DNA of 63,847 bases, filler included, from Octopus bimaculoides (taxonomy: Eukaryota): NCBI RefSeq assembly GCF_001194135.2. It is 5 parts of 5 records of this genome, joined end to end, with 100 filler letters (N's around TTAATTAATTAA, not from the genome) between each part and the next. Parts side by side here need not be neighbours in the genome. Positions count along the whole stretch, not along the records: positions 27,658 to 50,459 come from NC_069006.1; positions 50,560 to 59,942 come from NC_068982.1; 3 more parts are not named here. One strand, written 5' to 3'. Positions 40,282 through 52,220 of this stretch are shown one piece after another. The position numbers and the translations under genes were made by a program. Each line of letters starts with the position of its first letter. Position 1 is the stretch's first letter. Under the pieces are notes generated by a model that saw only the letters and a program-made list of their open reading frames with translations, was not told the origin of the DNA and searched no databases.

Positions 40282-41696
40282 TTGGATTGGCAACTAAGTT
40301 CCTGCTGGGGTTTTTGGGATTTTGGAATTTATTGTGTTTTTAAATTTTGGAATCTATTTTTTTCGAGAATTCTATTTCAGAATCATTTTGGAATCTTTTT
40401 TTTTTTTCCTAGTTAATTTTAGTTAATATTCAGATCGTTAAAATGGTATGTCAAGTTAAGAAAAACGAGCATTTTTGAAAACTTCTTCTTTCTGCTTTTA
40501 ATCAAGGTTCTAAGGCCGCAAAAGCTGCTCGCAACATTTGTGCTGTGNNNNNNNNNNNNNNNNNNNNNNNNNNNNNNNNNNNNNNNNNNNNNNNNNNNNN
40601 NNNNNNNNNNNNNNNNNNNNNNNNNNNNNNNNNNNNNNNNNNNNNNNNNNNNNNNNNNNNNNNNNNNNNNNNNNNNNNNNNNNNNNNNNNNNNNNNNNNN
40701 NNNNNNNNNNNNNNNNNNNNNNNNNNNNNNNNNNNNNNNNNNNNNNNNNNNNNNNNNNNNNNNNNNNNNNNNNNNNNNNNNNNNNNNNNNNNNNNNNNNN
40801 NNNNNNNNNNNNNNGAGCGATTAAACCAACTTTTGCATGAAAATTCTCATCAAACGACAAGGGAAGAACTGACAGAGAAAATGGAATGCTACCACACTGC
40901 TGTAGAGAAGCATCTTCACTCGATGGGAAAGGTTCAGAAGTATGGAGCATGGGAACAACAAAAATCAACGAGCCACAATCTCCGCTGGTTTGCTTGTTTG
41001 TCACCGCTCAACTCATGGACACAAGCGACGATTTCTTTACTGAATCATTACTGGCAATGAAAAATGGTGCCTGTACATCAATATGAAGCAGCGTAAGGAA
41101 TGGCTTAGCCCCAGTAAACAAGCAACACCATGTGTGAAACAAGATCTTCATGCATGTAAAACGATGTTGTGCATATGGTGGGACTGGGAAGGGATTATCC
41201 ATTACGAATTGCTTGAACAGAACCAAATGGTCAACACGGAACTCTATGTTCAACAGACGGAACAACTCAACACGGCTATTCAAGAGGAAAAGACCTAATC
41301 GGCAGCATGGAGTTCTTCTGCTGCACAACAACGTCGGCCCTCATATCGCCAATATGACCAAGGAAGCCATTCAAATGCATGGGTGGGAAGTGCTGCCACA
41401 CCCGCCGTACTCTCCTGATTTGGCACCAATGGATTTCCACCTCTTTCGATCTCTTTCAAATGCTATGGGCGGAGTTTAGTTCAATACTGATGCAGAATTG
41501 AGAGCTTGGTTGGATTAATTTTTTGCGTCAAAATCACTTGATTTCTACTAACGAGTTATTGAAAATCTTGTTGAACGTTGGGAAGAAGTTGCAAACAACA
41601 AGGGTGAATACATTATTGATTAATTAGTTGTTATTTTTTATTAAACCTTTAAAAAAATTTAAATTTAAAACGACTGGAACTTAGTTGCCAACCCAA
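40282..41696 (+). mobile_element. Full-length (TIR to TIR) defective mariner in TAF10 intron 2
   Basis: TIRs TTGG(A/G)TTGGCAACTAAGTTCC with TA flanks at 40280-40281 and 41697-41698; internal gap at 40548-40814. Confidence 0.92.
40443..41623 (+). pseudogene. Mariner (DD34D) transposase pseudogene
   Basis: MVCQVKKNEHF...ITGNEKW...KTMLCIWWDWEGIIHYELL...LLLHNNVGPH...HPPYSPDLAPMDFHLFRSL...GEYIID*; stops, frameshifts, and WVPH deleted. Confidence 0.9.
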
Positions 41697-41816
41697 TATA
41701 TAATGTGTATATGTGTGTGTGTGTGTGTGCGTACATACAGACACACATGCATTAATATGTGTATGTGTGCAAAATATATTGAAAGGTCATTACAGAATGT
41801 TTCTTATCTTTTCTAG

Positions 41817-41928
41817 AGTTCGTCTGATTTCTGTAGCAGCCCAAAAATTTGTGTCCGATGTTGTCAACGATGCCCTCCAGCACTGCAAAATGAGAGCTTC
41901 AGGTCAGAGTTCAAAGAAACAAGGAAAG
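41817..41928 (+). CDS. TAF10: TAF10 coding exon 3 (112 nt)
   Basis: TTCTTATCTTTTCTAG acceptor; the first A completes Ile (AT|A); VRLISVAAQKFVSDVVNDALQHCKMRASGQSSKKQGK is the TAF10 histone-fold core; donor GTAAAT at 41929 (phase 0). Confidence 0.95.
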
Positions 41929-42089
41929 GTAAATCCTGTGTGTCTGTTTGTAAGAACATGGCTTACATATATCAAAGTAAAGGACTCAGTACTTTGGGAA
42001 GTAGCCTGTTGTCTGCATTATATTCTTGATTAAGCCAGTAGTTTAAAACTCAGTATGAATATATATATATGTGTATATATGTATATATT

Positions 42090-42400
42090 TCGTTTTTGGA
42101 TTTGGTTTGCAAGATTTTTTATGTGATTTCGTGTGTTGAAGCATATTCTGTTGTGTCTGGGGAGAGTCATTTTCTTTTCGTGCCTTAAAATTTAACACAT
42201 GCACCATTAAAATTTCCACTTATTTTTTTATTTTTTTATATTTTCCTAAANNNNNNNNNNNNNNNNNNNNNNNNNNNNNNNNNNNNNNNNNAAGACGCAA
42301 CGAAAATTTTAGGAAAATAAAAATAATAAGTGGAAATTTTAACGGTGAGTGTATTAAATTTTAAGGCACGAAAAGAAAATGACTCTCCCCAGACACAACA
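42090..42400. mobile_element. Foldback repeat ~160 nt downstream of TAF10 exon 3
   Basis: Arms ~42143-42250 and ~42304-42400 are reverse complements around a short gap; same family as 24575-24830. Confidence 0.75.
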
Positions 42401-42624
42401 GTATATATATATATATACACATATTATATGCGACTGCCACCCACAGCATTCAATGCAGCTGCATTTTGGCATCTCGTTTCAGGTGATAGGTTACCTGCAA
42501 TTTGGGTCTCAGCCTTAAACTAGCATGTCTTGGAATATTTACACTTACATCCCTGAAATAAATTTTCAGAATTTACCATTTAAAAGTGACATTTGAAAAA
42601 AATGGCATTTCTTTTGTGGTTCAG

Positions 42625-42698
42625 TATGGTATATAGGCTGGTGCCATGTATGGTATATAGGCTGGTGCCATGTATGGTATATAGGCTGGTGCCATGTA
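42625..42698 (+). repeat. Perfect 24-bp tandem triplication at the 5' junction of an RTE tail
   Basis: (TATGGTATATAGGCTGGTGCCATG)x3 + TA; the RTE tail continues to ~42955. Confidence 0.9.
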
Positions 42699-43060
42699 AA
42701 AAGTGCTCCTTCCAGCATGCCAGCATCACATATAAAGCACCTGTGCCAATGCCATGTGTAAAACACCAATGTCAGTGTCACATTGGAGGAATCCAGTCCA
42801 CTTTGTAAAGCGGTTGGTGTTAGGAAGGGCATCCAGCCATAGAAACCATGTCGAAACAGACAGTTGGAGCCTGGGCTGCTCTCCAGATGGCCAGGCTCCA
42901 GTTAAACTGTCCAAGCCATCCCAGCATGGGAAACCGATGTTAAATGATGATGATTTTATATATATAAATATTATAATATTAGGGAATGTAAAATTCCAAA
43001 CATACAGGAATATTCAATTTAGTAATACCAAATTGAATTTTATAATAAATAGTATATGTA

Positions 43061-43451
43061 TACTCTTTTACTTGTTTCAGTCATTTGACTGTGGCCATGC
43101 TGGAGCACCGCCTTTAGTCGAGCAAATCGACCCCAGGACTTATTCTTTGTAAGCCTAGTACTTATTCTATCGGCCTCTTTAGCCGAACTGCTAAGTTATG
43201 GGGACGTAAACACACCAGCATCGGTTGTCAAGCGATGTTGGAGGGACAAACACAGACACACACACACACACATACATATACATATATACGATGGTCTTCT
43301 TTCAGTTTCCGTCTACCAAATCCACTCACAAGGCTTTGGTCGGCCCAAGGCTATAGTAGAAGACACTTGCCCAAAGTGCCATGCAGTGGAACTGAACCCG
43401 GAACCATGTGGTTGGTAAGCAAGCTACTTGCCACACAGCCACTCCTGCGCC
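43061..43451 (-). mobile_element. SINE family A, well preserved, in TAF10 intron 3
   Basis: Complete reverse-complement head to tail with many CpGs retained. Two more minus-strand copies at ~44330-44480 and ~44490-44860. Confidence 0.85.
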
Positions 43452-43792
43452 TATATAAATATAATTTAGAGAAGAACCACCAATATACAATTCAAACAAT
43501 GAAGGAGATCAGACACCATCAAGAAAAGCGTACTCTACAAAATACTAATTTAAAAACCTATAAAATCTAAAAGAAAAGTATAAAATCCATAAAAATATAT
43601 AAAATACTAGACTAAAAATTTAAATCAACTTAGTAAATTGATAAAATAAAAGGTAATATATATATATGTATACATACCCCAGCATCTTCCCTCACACCTC
43701 AACCACCATCTAACACAGATGCAGCAGAATCCTGTCTCCCTGGGTTTGTTGATTTGCAAGTAACATGGCAACTTTAATAGTGCCAGAGGCAC

Positions 43793-43825
<33 letters not shown>

Positions 43826-44256
43826 AATGTCCACTTTTTCATGTTTGCATGGGTTGGATGAAGTTTATCGAAGCAGATTTTCTGTGGATGGATGCTCTTG
43901 ATGTCACCAACCTTCACCTGTTTCCAAGCAAGGTAATATCTCTCCTTAGCCAGATGTGTTTTTTTGATGGAAGACTGGAAGTAAACAGCATTGCTTGTAT
44001 AACAGTGATTCTCGTTCACAGTCATAAACATATAATCCTTTCTACTATTGGCACAAGGCCTGAAATTTTTTGTGGGGGTAGTTAAATTGATTACATTGAC
44101 CTCAGTACTCCACTGGTACTTAATTTATCGAATCTGGAAGGACGAAAGGTCAAGTTGACCTCAACGGAATTTGAATGTAAGGACAGATGAAATGCTACTC
44201 TGAATTTTGTCCAGCATGCTAAGGATTCTGTCAGCTCCTACAATACCAAGACAAGG

Positions 44257-44320
<64 letters not shown>

Positions 44321-44964
44321 CTATGACAGGCTTCTCTCAGGTTCTGTCTACCAAAGCTTTGGTTGGTCTGGGGCTATAGAAGAAGATATTTGACCAAGGT
44401 GTTTACACAGTGGGACTGAACCTGAGATCACATGGTTGGGAAGCAAGCTTCTTAACCACACAGCCACTCTTGCACCTATTTATTTTTTGTCTTCTACTTG
44501 TTTCAGTCATTAGACTGAGGCCATACTGGGGCATTGCCTTGAAATATTTTTAGTCAAACTAATCGACCCCTGTACTTATTTTTTTAAACCTGGTCCTTAC
44601 TCTGTTGCTCGCTTTTGCCAAACTGCTAAGTTAGAGGGACGGAAACACACCAACACCGGTTATCGAGTGGTGTTGGGGGACAAATACAGACACAAAACAC
44701 ACACACACACGACCGGCTTCTTTCAGTTTCTGTCTGCCAAATTTACTCACAAGGCTCTGGTTATAGTAGAAAACACCTGCTCAAAGTGTCATGTAGTGGG
44801 ATTGAACCTGGAATCATGTGGTTGGATAGCAAACTTCTTACCACACAGCTATACCTGTGCTGGTGTTAATTAACAGAACACTTGTTAGTATTTGTGTGAC
44901 AGTATTTTTAATTAACCTTTTGATTTAAGCATGAACATTTTAGTAGGGGTAGTCAGATGTGGGG

Positions 44965-45188
44965 TCATATTTGGCATGGAAAAAGCACCATTTGAGCATG
45001 GTTGATGCCAGTGGCATCTAAAAAGCACCATTTGAGCGTGAGTTGTTGCCAGTGCCACCTGACTGGCTCCTGTACTGGTGGCATATAAAAAGCACCATTT
45101 GAGCCTGGTCGATGCCAGTACCACCAGTTAAACCATCCAACCCATGCCAGCATGGAAAGCAGACATTAAATGATGATGATGATGACGA
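44965..45188 (+). mobile_element. RTE LINE 3' UTR fragment ending ~110 nt before TAF10 exon 4
   Basis: Three AAAAGCACCATTTGAG subrepeats, then CCAACCCATGCCAGCATGGAAAGC...(GAT)n. Confidence 0.7.
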
Positions 45189-45300
45189 CTCTCAGGTAAA
45201 TTATTCGTTTTTGTTGTATCTTGAAACTGTGATAAGGTTTTTATTTATATTTTATGAGTTTTTTTTTTTCTCTTTTTCTCTTTTTCCAAATGTTTTCCAG

Positions 45301-45390
45301 GATAAACGTTATGCCTTGTCCATGGATGACCTCGTGCCGGCCCTTGCAGAATATGGAATTAACGTGAAGAAGCCCATTTATTTTGTGTAA
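45301..45390 (+). CDS. TAF10: TAF10 final coding exon
   Basis: TGTTTTCCAG acceptor; [32 protein letters not shown] matches the TAF10 C-terminus ([26 protein letters not shown]). The spliced ORF is 137 aa without frameshift. Confidence 0.95.
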   Translation, partial: [29 protein letters not shown]

Positions 45391-45988
45391 TTTTGTAAAG
45401 AAAAAAAAAAAAAAAAGAAAAAAAAAGCGTAACCATATACCCCTTCTTCATTCCCCTCTTCATCGTCACATCCTCGTCACCGACATCATCGACAACATCA
45501 TCATCACTAACAACAACAACAGCAACAATAACTACTACCTACTACCACAAAGACCACCGCCACCACCACCATCACTTACATCATTCTTTCATTTTAACAG
45601 TGGTTTAGATTTTTTTTTTTTTTCCAAATTTCAGTCAGCCCCTTCCCGCCTCCTCTCCCTAATTGCTGAACAGCAACAACAATAATAATAATAGTGAGTA
45701 AACACACTGGGTGAACAGAAACTGTATGGAAGCCCAACACATAGATTGTACATGTGCATGGACTGTTGACTCCATCCACTGCCCTGTTTACCACCGTCAC
45801 CACCATTGCCACCACTCCTTGGTCTTTGGGTGCCTTCAGCAAAGTCCAATCAGCTACAAGTGCTTTGAGGTCCTCCAGGGGTTCATTATGAGGACTGTTA
45901 TACTACTTCCTACATGAGATGTGGTTTCCTCAAACTATATAATATATATATACGCACACACACACACACACACATACTTACATATATA

Positions 45989-46022
<34 letters not shown>

Positions 46023-47096
46023 TGCACACACACACACACACATACATACATATATAGATATAGATATAGATAGATAGATAGATAAATACATATATATACA
46101 TGCATACATACATAAATACATATATATATTTGTATGTATATTATATATATATCTATGAATGATTACTAATTAGACACTACAATAGTAATTAGTTTAATAC
46201 CTTGAACGAAGAGACAGTTTAGTTTAGTAAGTTGGTGGTGGTGTAGGTGAGAAGTAGGGTGTGTGTGTGTGTGTGTGTGTGTGGATTCTTGTGCTGGTGG
46301 GAAATGCGAGATAGGATGTGTCTGTTTATGTATGTGCAGGTGTGTGTGATCTAGTAGTGGCAGATAGGAGGGGTTGTGTGTGTGTGTGTGTGTGTGGAGG
46401 GTTCTAATTGTGATGGTGGTGTTGGTGGTGGTCTGTTGAAGGACTGGCAGTAATTAATGGCATTGGTGGTCCCATAGAGAATTAATTACCTAACAGCATC
46501 GAGATATTTGCATTAGTTGAAGAACAGCTACAACGATATCAATAATGATGATAATAATAATAGCAACAACAGCAAAACTAACAACAACAATATATGTATG
46601 AACTGATTCATTTAACAATTGTTAAAAAAATCTCATTAATAAATAAAGATGATAATAATCCTAATATTGATTGTTTTCTTTTTCTTTTCTTTACACTTGT
46701 AGTTGAAAATATATAATGTACTCTTCCACTCCATTAAACAAGAGATAAATATCTGTTAATAAACACAAGATTTATGTGTGAGCTATTGTAAGTCTGATGA
46801 TCAGATAGTACAGTAAGTAATCAGTCGAGTGTGTAGAGCATGGCATACTATGTAAACTTGTCAGGTCATTGTGCTATTGGAACATGAAACTTACAGTAGC
46901 TCACATAAAAATCTCTGGTTTATTAAATGATGCAGGTATCGCTTTGTGGTATGGATTTGCTTTCCCAATCACATGATTTTGGGTTCAGTCTTACTGCGTG
47001 GCACTTTGGGTAGCCTCAGGCTGACCAAAGCCTTGTGAATGGATTTAGCAGTTAAAAACTGAAGGAAACCATTATGTACACATGCACATACACATA

Positions 47097-47127
<31 letters not shown>

Positions 47128-47144
47128 ATATATATATATATATG

Positions 47145-47453
47145 CCTTACTGGCACGTAAAAACATTCGAGTGAAGTCGTTGCCAGTGCTGCTGGACTGG
47201 CTCCTGTGCAGATGGCATGTAAAAAACACCATTTGAGTGTGGCTGTTGCCAGTACTGCCTGACTGGCCCTCGTGCCAGTGGCACATAAAAGCACCCACTT
47301 CACTATCAGAGTGGTTGGCATTAGGAAGGGCATCCAGCTGTAGAAACTCTGCCAGATCAGATTGGAGCCTGGTGTAGCCATCTAGTTCGCCAGTCCTCAA
47401 TCAAACCGACCAACCCATGCTAGCATGGAAAGTGGACGTTAAACGATAATGAT

Positions 47454-47456
<3 letters not shown>
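47145..47456 (+). mobile_element. RTE LINE 3' tail
   Basis: Shared module; a similar copy lies at ~49575-49775 (+) and a truncated minus copy at ~49960-50082. Confidence 0.75.
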
Positions 47457-47503
<47 letters not shown>

Positions 47504-48646
47504 ATTGAAAACTGTACAAAAGACAGAGACAGGTAAGGCTACAACACACAAGGCATATTAGTTTGGTGCTTGGAAAAAATGGATGAGTCTGATGTTTCAA
47601 GCCTACGCTCTTCTGCAGGAACGAATGAGGAGAGGAAACAAATGTAGAGAAGAAAGATGTCTGGATTAATGGTTGCACATGTGTGTGTGTGTGTGTGTGT
47701 GTTTGTCCTTTACTACCATTTGACAAAGAATGATGGTTTGTTTTTGTCTCTATAACTTAAATGTTCAGCAAAAGATAATGATAGAATAAATACTAGGCTT
47801 TAAAAAAAAAATACTGGGGTCAATTTGTTTCAGCTCCTCAGAATGACCACAGTCTTGTGACTGAAACAAGGAGAAGATAAAAGATGCTAGCATACATACG
47901 TTTAGTTGAGTATTTTTGTATCATGGTATTGACCAGACCATAGGATATTGTTATACATCTCTGGTCACAATGTGATTTGTATCATTTTAGCCTTCCAAAG
48001 TCTAGGTGAGCAAGCCAACCTTCCCTTTGTTTGGAAGGTGATTCCATCGCAGGATCACCGATCTGCAGCCGAGTGAACAGGAACGATATGAAATTAAGTG
48101 TTTTTCTCATAAACACAACACCCTGCTTGGTTTAGGAATTGAACCTGCAATCTCGTGATCATGAGTGCAACACTCTGACAACTTGGCAAGGTGCCTTCAT
48201 GTATGTATATTTAGTGACAATTTATATATATATATATATATGAAATTTTGTCAGTGAACAGGTCGCAGTTTCAAAGTAATGAAAATATTTTGATGCAAAT
48301 AAAATTTAAATGTTGAAGTGAATCTAATGGTTTTTGTGTGTATTTAAATGGNNNNNNNNNNNNNNNNNNNNNNNNNNNNNNNNNNNNNNNNNNNNNNNNN
48401 NNNNNNNNNNNNNNNNNNNNNNNNNNNNNNNNNNNNNNNNNNNNNNNNNNNNNNNNNNNNNNNNNNNNNNNNNNNNNNNNNNNNNNNNNNNNNNNNNNNN
48501 NNNNNNNNNNNNNNNNNNNNNNNNNNNNNNNNNNNNNNNNNNNNNNNNNNNNNNNNNNNNNNNNNNNNNNNNNNNNNNNNNNNNNNNNNNNNNNNNNNNN
48601 NNNNNNNNNNNNNNNNNNNNNNNNNNNNGTTATGCAAGTACTTCTC

Positions 48647-48691
<45 letters not shown>

Positions 48692-48692
<1 letters not shown>

Positions 48693-49103
48693 CTGTCACA
48701 AATTGTGACTAGGGTGTTGAAAAACACCTGTATTGCTAGAAATATGAGCTAAAATGCTCTAATGGTGTAGCTAATGCATATGAATGAAAACATATACACT
48801 AACAGGGACTTGAATCATCTGAAGCAAGCCGAAGACAGCTGAGATCGAGCAGGCTTCACTGATGAGGCAACAGAAATTGCCAAAACTGACATCAGTATTA
48901 TGAATTATTGATCAGCATTTTTGAGATGATTCAGATCCCTGTTAGCATATGTTTTTACACGTATATTAACTACAGCACTAGGGCCTCTTAGCTTCTATTT
49001 CTAGCCATGTAGGTATTTTTGAATAGCCTAGTCACATTTAGTGACAATTCTCCTTTTGGGTGAAACATTGGAACCTGCTGTTTATATTAACATTAAATAT
49101 ATA
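48692..49103 (+). mobile_element. Hammerhead-bearing non-coding repeat (retrozyme/Penelope pLTR-like) with an inverted 5' arm
   Basis: 48692-48820 is an imperfect reverse complement of 48924-49049. 48823-49103 is homologous to 61285-61629 (opposite strand, permuted). Confidence 0.65.
48855..48901 (+). ncRNA. Type I hammerhead-ribozyme-like motif, degenerate (G12A)
   Basis: CTGATGA-GGCAA(cagaaa)TTGCC-AAAA-CTG(acat)CAG-TA: core, stem II, [G>A]AAA, stem III and GUA triplet in correct order; stem I poorly paired. Confidence 0.5.
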
Positions 49104-49424
49104 TCTATGTATGTGTGTGTGTGTGTGTGTGTAAAGAAGAAACATTGTAGTCACTTAAGAACACTTTGTACTGTTGAAGTGTTAATAAATTCTGTAAACC
49201 TGGTTGGTCTTTGACACAATTCCACTGTACGTGTTTGGTTTATGTGTGCAGAAAGTTTTTGGCACTTCAATATGAACTGTATTTTTAATAAATTATGTGA
49301 AAGAAACAGTTTCCTCATGTGTTTGTAGATGGTTGAAATTATTTTTCCTTCCATTGTGTCATTATTTCAATGTCATTACACTCCATCTCAGATCAAGTGA
49401 CTTGTGAAGACAGTAGTATGAGAT

Positions 49425-49457
<33 letters not shown>

Positions 49458-50087
49458 CACACACGTGTGTGTATGTATATAGACATGCACACATTTATAT
49501 ATATATATATATGTGTGTGTGTTTGTATGTATATTTAATGGAAAAATTATACAAAAATTTATATGCCATTATCGCCTGACTGGCCCTCATGCCAGTGGCA
49601 CGTAAAAGCACCCACTACACTCTCAGAGTGGTTGGCGTTAGGAAGGGCATCCAGCTGTAGAAACTCTGCCAGATCAGATTGGAGCTTGGTGTAGCCATCT
49701 GGTTCACCAGTCCTCAATCAAATTGTCCAACCCATGCTAGCATGGAAAGCGGACGTTAAATGATGATGATGATGTATAATAATGTATAATTAGATGATGA
49801 GTAAAGCACCAGTAGAGTTTAGGTTGCCTGTTGTTATCTGTAGATTTACTTCAGGAACTTTGCAGTAGCAGTTGGGGTAATAGTATTAATAAAGTAGCAG
49901 ATGGAATGTGTATCAGACTAATACACATTCCATCTCCTACTTTATTAATACTATATATATCATCATCATCGTTGTTTAATGTCTGCTTTCCATGCTGACA
50001 TGCATTGGACGATTTGACTGAGGGCTGGCAACCCAGAAGGCTGCACCAGGCTCCAGTCTGATCTAGCAAAATTTCTACAGCTATATA

Positions 50088-50205
50088 CATATATATGTAG
50101 ATGTTTTCGATCTAGTTTGGATTCTTTGCCATCAAATTTGAATTCTTTGCAATCAAATTTGATTGCAAAGAATCCAAACTAGATCGAAAACATCTATATA
50201 TATGT
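50088..50205. repeat. Loopless palindrome with an internal 21-bp duplication
   Basis: GTAGATGTTTTCGATCTAGTTTGGATTCTTTGC...AATCAAATTT|GATTGCAAAGAATCCAAACTAGATCGAAAACATCTA; centre AAATTT at ~50155-50160. Confidence 0.9.
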
Positions 50206-50459
50206 AAGGGACGACCGTGCGAACTCATAAAAGGAGAAATGGTGACGAATGGAAAAACAGAGGACTCCTTTTATTTAAACACGTCACACGGTCGAACACA
50301 CAATAATATATCGAAGATGATATACTAATATGTTATGCGACGATAACATAGATGACCAGTAATGAAAGACCACAACCGTATAAGATGAATAACAGAGATA
50401 TTTATTGTAGCGTTAAAGATGTATGTCTGTGTGAGAGTGTGAATGCGACATATAAGAAC

Positions 50460-50559
50460 NNNNNNNNNNNNNNNNNNNNNNNNNNNNNNNNNNNNNNNNN
50501 NNNTTAATTAATTAANNNNNNNNNNNNNNNNNNNNNNNNNNNNNNNNNNNNNNNNNNNN
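50460..50559. other. Assembly spacer (44 N + TTAATTAATTAA + 44 N)
   Basis: Same 100-bp block. Confidence 0.95.
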
Positions 50560-51939
50560 ATATATATATATATATATATATACATATATATGTCCATATT
50601 AAATAGTGTAATAGAGAGATTCGCATATGCGTATACACTTATAAATATATATAGTCCTATGAAAATAAATGTGTGTGCGTTTATGTGCGTGAAGGTGTAT
50701 GTATATGTGCTTGTGGATGCCCATGTTTATATTCTACGAAACTTTTCCTGTTTTACATTCAAACACCTCTTAGTTTAACGTTGGATGCTTCCTTTAGTGT
50801 TCTAATCACTAGAAATATAGACTTTAGAGAGATAGCATTGCATATTGACGAGGCGAAAATGGATTCTTTTCATATGGAACGCTTTCTAGGCGCTGTATTC
50901 AAAGTAACTATTAACGTACTATTATTTCCCATTTACAGTTGTTGAACCATATAAACCTTTCTAGTAATATATTTGCTTTTGATAGTCAATGCTTCGCTGT
51001 CGATAATTTATTTCACATTTTATCGGGTCAAGAATTCATCACTCATGTCAAATTTCATTCAATTTTGGACTATTTATTATAGATAAGATGTTAATCGTGA
51101 ATCTAAAGTCTTCACCAATTATCAACGTTTATAATTTGGAGACATGTAGATAACTTTCAAAAAATCCAGACAGCTTCTCATAAACAGCAGACCGCTTTCA
51201 TTAAAATGTGTAAAATATTCAACAACAAATAAAATTCGAATATTCACGAAGAATCCTTTGACTGGTTTGTTTATTTACGATGTTAGATAAATTTAATCTG
51301 TTTACGTATGAGGTTGGATGAAATTACTGTATACACATCCATGTTTGAAAACGTCATATTGTCAGAAATTATGGCTTGCAAGTAGGTAGAAATACGTCGT
51401 GATATATTTTAAAATTTGATGAATGGAAGCAAATATGTTTGGTATCTGAAATTCGTTTTCCTTTCTATAAAACAAATACCGAAATACTTCGCAACCATCC
51501 AACGTTTGTTCCAGGTTTGCCATTTGAAAGGCTGAATAGTTTTCTAATTATGTAACAAACTCAATGTATTAAACACAGACTAATTTCTTATTTTGCAAGT
51601 AACAAATCTAGTTGAACATTAGGCAATTTATTATACTTGAAATGAATAATTTTCAAAGTTTACAGTTAGGGAATAATTTTTACTTTTATTTGTTGTCTTA
51701 AATATGTTAACATTTATTACGCTACATTAATTTACTTCTTCGAGCCATTCATTTTCTTTCTTCGCCCTTCTATTTATACCATATCATATAATAAATGCCA
51801 TCGACCGATTTCACAACGCTATATATAAACCTTCGAAGCAAACATAGTCTCTTAAGTTCGAACTCAAGTCTATTTGCATCTTTCTGTTTTTTACGTTAAT
51901 CTTTTTAAACTGCTATAATGAAGAAATATGGCAATATTT

Positions 51940-52220
51940 TACATTGCAAATTCACAGAGGTCGATTTTGCCTTTTATACTTTAGGGGTCAATAAATTGAG
52001 TACTAGGGTCGATCTAGTCGACTGGCCCCCACCTCCCCAAAAATTTGGAGCCTTGTGAATAAAGTAGAAAAGAATATTTTACATAGTAAATGCCACAGAC
52101 CTTGATTTTGCCTTTCATCATTTAGGTGTCCTGAAAAGAAATACCAATTGAACACTGGAATCGAAGTAGTCGATTTATCCACTACTCTAAATTGCTGGCC
52201 TTGCACCAAAAATTGAAATT
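51940..52220 (+). mobile_element. Two tandem SINE family C 3' fragments
   Basis: GGTCGAT...CCAAAAATTTGGAGCCTTGTG...AATATTTTACAT repeated with divergence. Confidence 0.6.

Noticed and set aside
42625-42698. CRISPR-like direct repeats
   Set aside because: Contiguous tandem units with no spacers, eukaryotic context, no cas genes.
46630-46770. AATAAA hexamers downstream of the TAF10 stop
   Set aside because: Many such hexamers occur in this AT-rich DNA; the true poly(A) site cannot be chosen without transcript data.
47581-47620. Minus-strand CTGCAGAAGAGCGTAGGCTTGAAACATCAGAC, hammerhead-like
   Set aside because: Core A6 is altered, there is no NUH triplet and no stem I; at most a decayed relic.
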